Source: Octopus vulgaris | Lineage: Eukaryota | DNA: 64,000 nt | Direction: 5' to 3' | Assembly (NCBI GenBank): GCA_951406725.2 | Contig: OX597828.1 | Span: forward strand, 54,932,001 to 54,996,000 | In this document: positions 61,126-64,000 of the stretch, in pieces | Position numbering within the stretch: the stretch's first letter is position 1 | Layout: each line of letters opens with the position of its first letter | Translations under genes and position numbers: made by a program | The notes under the pieces: model-generated | Seen by the model: only the letters and a program-made list of their open reading frames with translations | What the model was told of the DNA's origin: nothing | Databases searched by the model: none

Positions 61126-62839
61126 CTTCAATCATAAAATAGGAGTGGAACCTTTCCCTCTTTTTTTTTATGTCAAGGTAACTGAAACAAATTCTTTGTG
61201 ATGAACCAACCCCAAAATGTTAGAATTCCTCTCTCTTCACAATGCACTGACATATTTAGTTTTGCAAACATTTTCACACAATTAAGAGTTATGTACCTTG
61301 CTCAGTAACACAAGAATACAATGCAGTTTGAACCCTCAACGATGTGGTTGGTAGCTCAGCTCCTTAACTCTGCAGCTATTGTACTTTTGTGGTGAGTAAA
61401 ACTGGGAATTGTTTTGTTAGATCTCAGAAAACTACAAAATTTTGTCAAGTTTAAAATCAAATCACTAACATCACATATGGCTCTATGTGCAGCCACTGGT
61501 GTGTGTGGCCCAGTGTGGCCACATACAGTCATGTGCACTCAAGTGTTTTTGTAAGTGAATCTGTTTGAAGTAAAACTGTAAATAGCCTGATCTGTGTGTC
61601 TCAGTGGATGAGCGTGTGCGTGTGTATATATATGGGTATCTAGCTGTAGAAACACTGCCAGATCAGACTGGAACCTGGTGCAGCCTCCTGGCTTCCCATC
61701 CCTGGTCGAACAGTCCACCCATGCTAGCATGGAAAACGGACGTTAAACGATGATAATGATGATATATATATATATATATATATATATATCTGTATTTATA
61801 TAGGGTTAACCACTAAAAATTTGCTGAATCTTTTTATTCATTCCCTCACTTGTTACCAGTGCTAAAGGAGTGCATGATGTGGTTTTAGAGTAATTTGACT
61901 TCCATTTCTAGCATGTTGGTGCTGTTCTCAGTACCCTTAATTATAATCATATTTATATAATTATACATACATATATATATATATATATATATCTTTTACT
62001 TGTTTTAGTCATTAGACTGTTGGCATGCTGGGACCTTGAAGTATTTTAGTTGAATGAATAGACTCAAATACTTACTTTTTTAAAGTACTGGTACTTATTC
62101 TATCAGTATCTTTTGCTGAACCTCTAAGTTATGGGGACATGAACACATCACCATCTGTTGTCAAAGGATGGTGGAGACAAACACAAAGACACACACACAC
62201 ACATATGCATATATATTTATATATATACTGGCACTTGTGCCCGTGCTAGTAGGGTGCCAAGAGCACCATCCGAGCGTGATCGTTGCCAGAGCAGCCAACT
62301 GGCATCCGTGCCAGTGGCACGTAAAAGGGCACCATTCGAGCGTGATCGTTACCAAAGTCGCCTTACTGGCGGCATGTGTAAAAGGATTCAAGCGAGGTCG
62401 TTGCCAGTACCGCCTGACTGGCCCTGTGCCGGTGGCACGTAAAAAGCACCCAGTACACTCTCTGGGTGGTTGGCGTTAGGAAGGGCATCCAGCTGTAGAA
62501 ATTCTGCCAAATCAAGATTGGAACCTGGTGCAACCATCTGGTTCGCCATCTCTCAGTCAAAATCGTCCTACCCATGCTAGCATGGAAAGCGTACGTTAAA
62601 CAATGATGATGATATATATATATATATATATATATGAAAGGCTTCTTTCAGTTTCTGTCTTCTAGATCCACTCAAATCTCAATGCTTTAATAGAAGACAC
62701 TTGCTCAAGATGCCATGCAGTGGGACTGAACCTGAGAGGATGTGGTTCGAAAACAAGCCTCTTACTGCACAGCCATACCTGCATCTGTGTGTGTGTGTGT
62801 CTGTTTGTCTGCATGTATCCATATTTTCTTTATTTCCAG

Positions 62840-63049
62840 ATCACTGCCCAGCTAAGGACCGACCAACATGCTGGTTTAGGGATGGACTGCCAGGCATCAA
62901 TCAGCACTTCACAGAAATACAAAAACTGGATGAATGCCAGAATCCGTTTTGAAAGGATCGAGAAAGGGAAAAAGGGGGACAAACTGGACACAAAACTCTC
63001 CAAGTCCCATAAAATGTGGGTCCAGGGAAAAACATTAGAACCATCTTGA
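62840..63049 (+). CDS. AGGF1: AGGF1 exon 13 (terminal)
   Basis: tccag|ITAQLRTDQHAGLG..KNWMNARIRFE..MWVQGKTLEPS*. Confidence 0.94.
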   Translation: MTAQLRTDQHAGLGMDCQASISTSQKYKNWMNARIRFERIEKGKKGDKLDTKLSKSHKMWVQGKTLEPS

Positions 63050-63108
63050 ATAAAGTTTTTAAAAAAATTTAAATTTCATAACAAAAAACAAAACAAAAAA
63101 GAAATAAA
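63049..63108 (+). terminator. AGGF1 polyadenylation signals
   Basis: AATAAA overlapping the stop (63049-63054) and a second at 63103-63108 followed by a T-rich tract. Confidence 0.55.
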
Positions 63109-63499
63109 AGACTTTTTTTATATCTATTTTGGTTGATTGTTCTTGAAATATAGCAGTCTATTCAAAACTCAAGGATACACACCATTTATATATATATATA
63201 TGTAGTCAATCCAAGGTTGTTTATGGAAGACCAGAAGTCGCCCATGCATACCAGCCTCCCTTCTCCATGCCACCAGTGTTATCCAAGAGAAAGGCAAAGG
63301 GGCTGATTCAGCTTGGCACCAGTGATGTCGCAACTCATTTCTACAGCTGAGTTAACTGAAGCAACGCAGCTCGGTCCGGGATTTGAGCCCACAACCTCAC
63401 GATCGTAAGCTCGATGCTCTAACCACTGAGTCATATATATATATGGAGTGAAAGAGAAAGAAAAAGAGAATAAATTTAAATTAATCAACTTCTTTAAGC

Positions 63500-63785
63500 T
63501 GCACTTAAGCTACTAAATACTCTTCCCTTGGGTGAAACCCTCATGGCACCAAACACCGCTAGGGACCTTGGAGTATCTGTCATCAGCAACTTAAGCAGGA
63601 ATGCCAACATAAACAACAAAGTAGATGTGGTCCGCAAGGCGTGCTCCGGGATCCTCAGGGCTTTTCGGCCCGGTGACGTTCCTACCACTATCCTTCTCTT
63701 CTCCATTTTCGTCCGTCCTCTCCTTGAATACTGTTGTCCGCTGTGGTCTTTCTACATGAAAACAAATATAAAAATACAAAAACGA
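63500..63785 (+). mobile_element. CR1/L2-group LINE RT C-terminal fragment
   Basis: RDLGV..ILRAF..FVRPLLEYCCPLWS motif. Confidence 0.8.
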
Positions 63786-64000
63786 AACACACACACACAC
63801 ACATACATTGAAGAGAAACCGAATGACCTGTGCTTTTTGAAAGACATCCCTTACAATACTTATTCAATATAGAGCTATAGATACTCCCTTGTAATTCTGC
63901 TTTTGAGAAGCACTGAACTAGTGACTAACTCGTTTTATACATGTATGTGTATATGTACATGGATGTGTATGTAAGGATATATATCGATATGTATGTGTGT

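Larger units (their letters stand above)
43911..63049 (+). other. AGGF1: AGGF1 gene span: 13 coding exons, 2112 nt CDS, about 703 aa (645 aa with the proximal exon 6 donor)
   Basis: Domain order coiled coil, OCRE, FHA, G-patch, plus AGGF1-typical motifs (WPACVRLIV, HIHPGSETCNDCEPG, KYGL, C-terminal WVQG). All introns GT-AG and in phase. Confidence 0.93.

Noticed and set aside
7544-63049. Functional cluster of RNA-processing genes (DIS3L next to AGGF1)
   Set aside because: Adjacency of housekeeping genes is not evidence of a system without synteny or co-expression data.

Overview
Eukaryotic, AT-rich, repeat-dense animal genomic DNA. The SINE repertoire and microsatellite load suggest an octopus or other coleoid cephalopod (inference, no database search). 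Three spliced genes were reconstructed by hand. (1) The 5' part of ANAPC11 (APC/C RING subunit) is on the minus strand, 3041 to the window edge. (2) A complete 23-coding-exon DIS3L (exosome RNase II/R-family nuclease, about 1063 aa) is on the plus strand, 7544-36847, head-to-head with ANAPC11. (3) A complete 13-coding-exon AGGF1 (coiled coil, OCRE, FHA, G-patch; about 703 aa) is on the plus strand, 43911-63049. Introns are filled with tRNA-derived SINEs, RTE/CR1 LINE fragments, MITEs, a maT (DD37D) transposase relic and Penelope-type repeats carrying minimal hammerhead ribozyme motifs. The main observation is that the ANAPC11 frame only closes through a single-nucleotide exon (G at 1830, context ttacag|G|gtgagt). 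It lies inside a 98-nt stop-containing pseudo-exon that may act as a recursive-splicing scaffold, and it parallels the 1-nt exon reported in Arabidopsis APC11. Other notable points: a hammerhead with G3:C8 core covariation, a tRNA-head plus hammerhead composite repeat, a degenerate AGGF1 FHA pocket, and a probable antisense terminal exon nested in the last AGGF1 intron. Most ORFs in the supplied track are repeat or microsatellite noise. Repeat coordinates are approximate; comparisons with human proteins are from memory.
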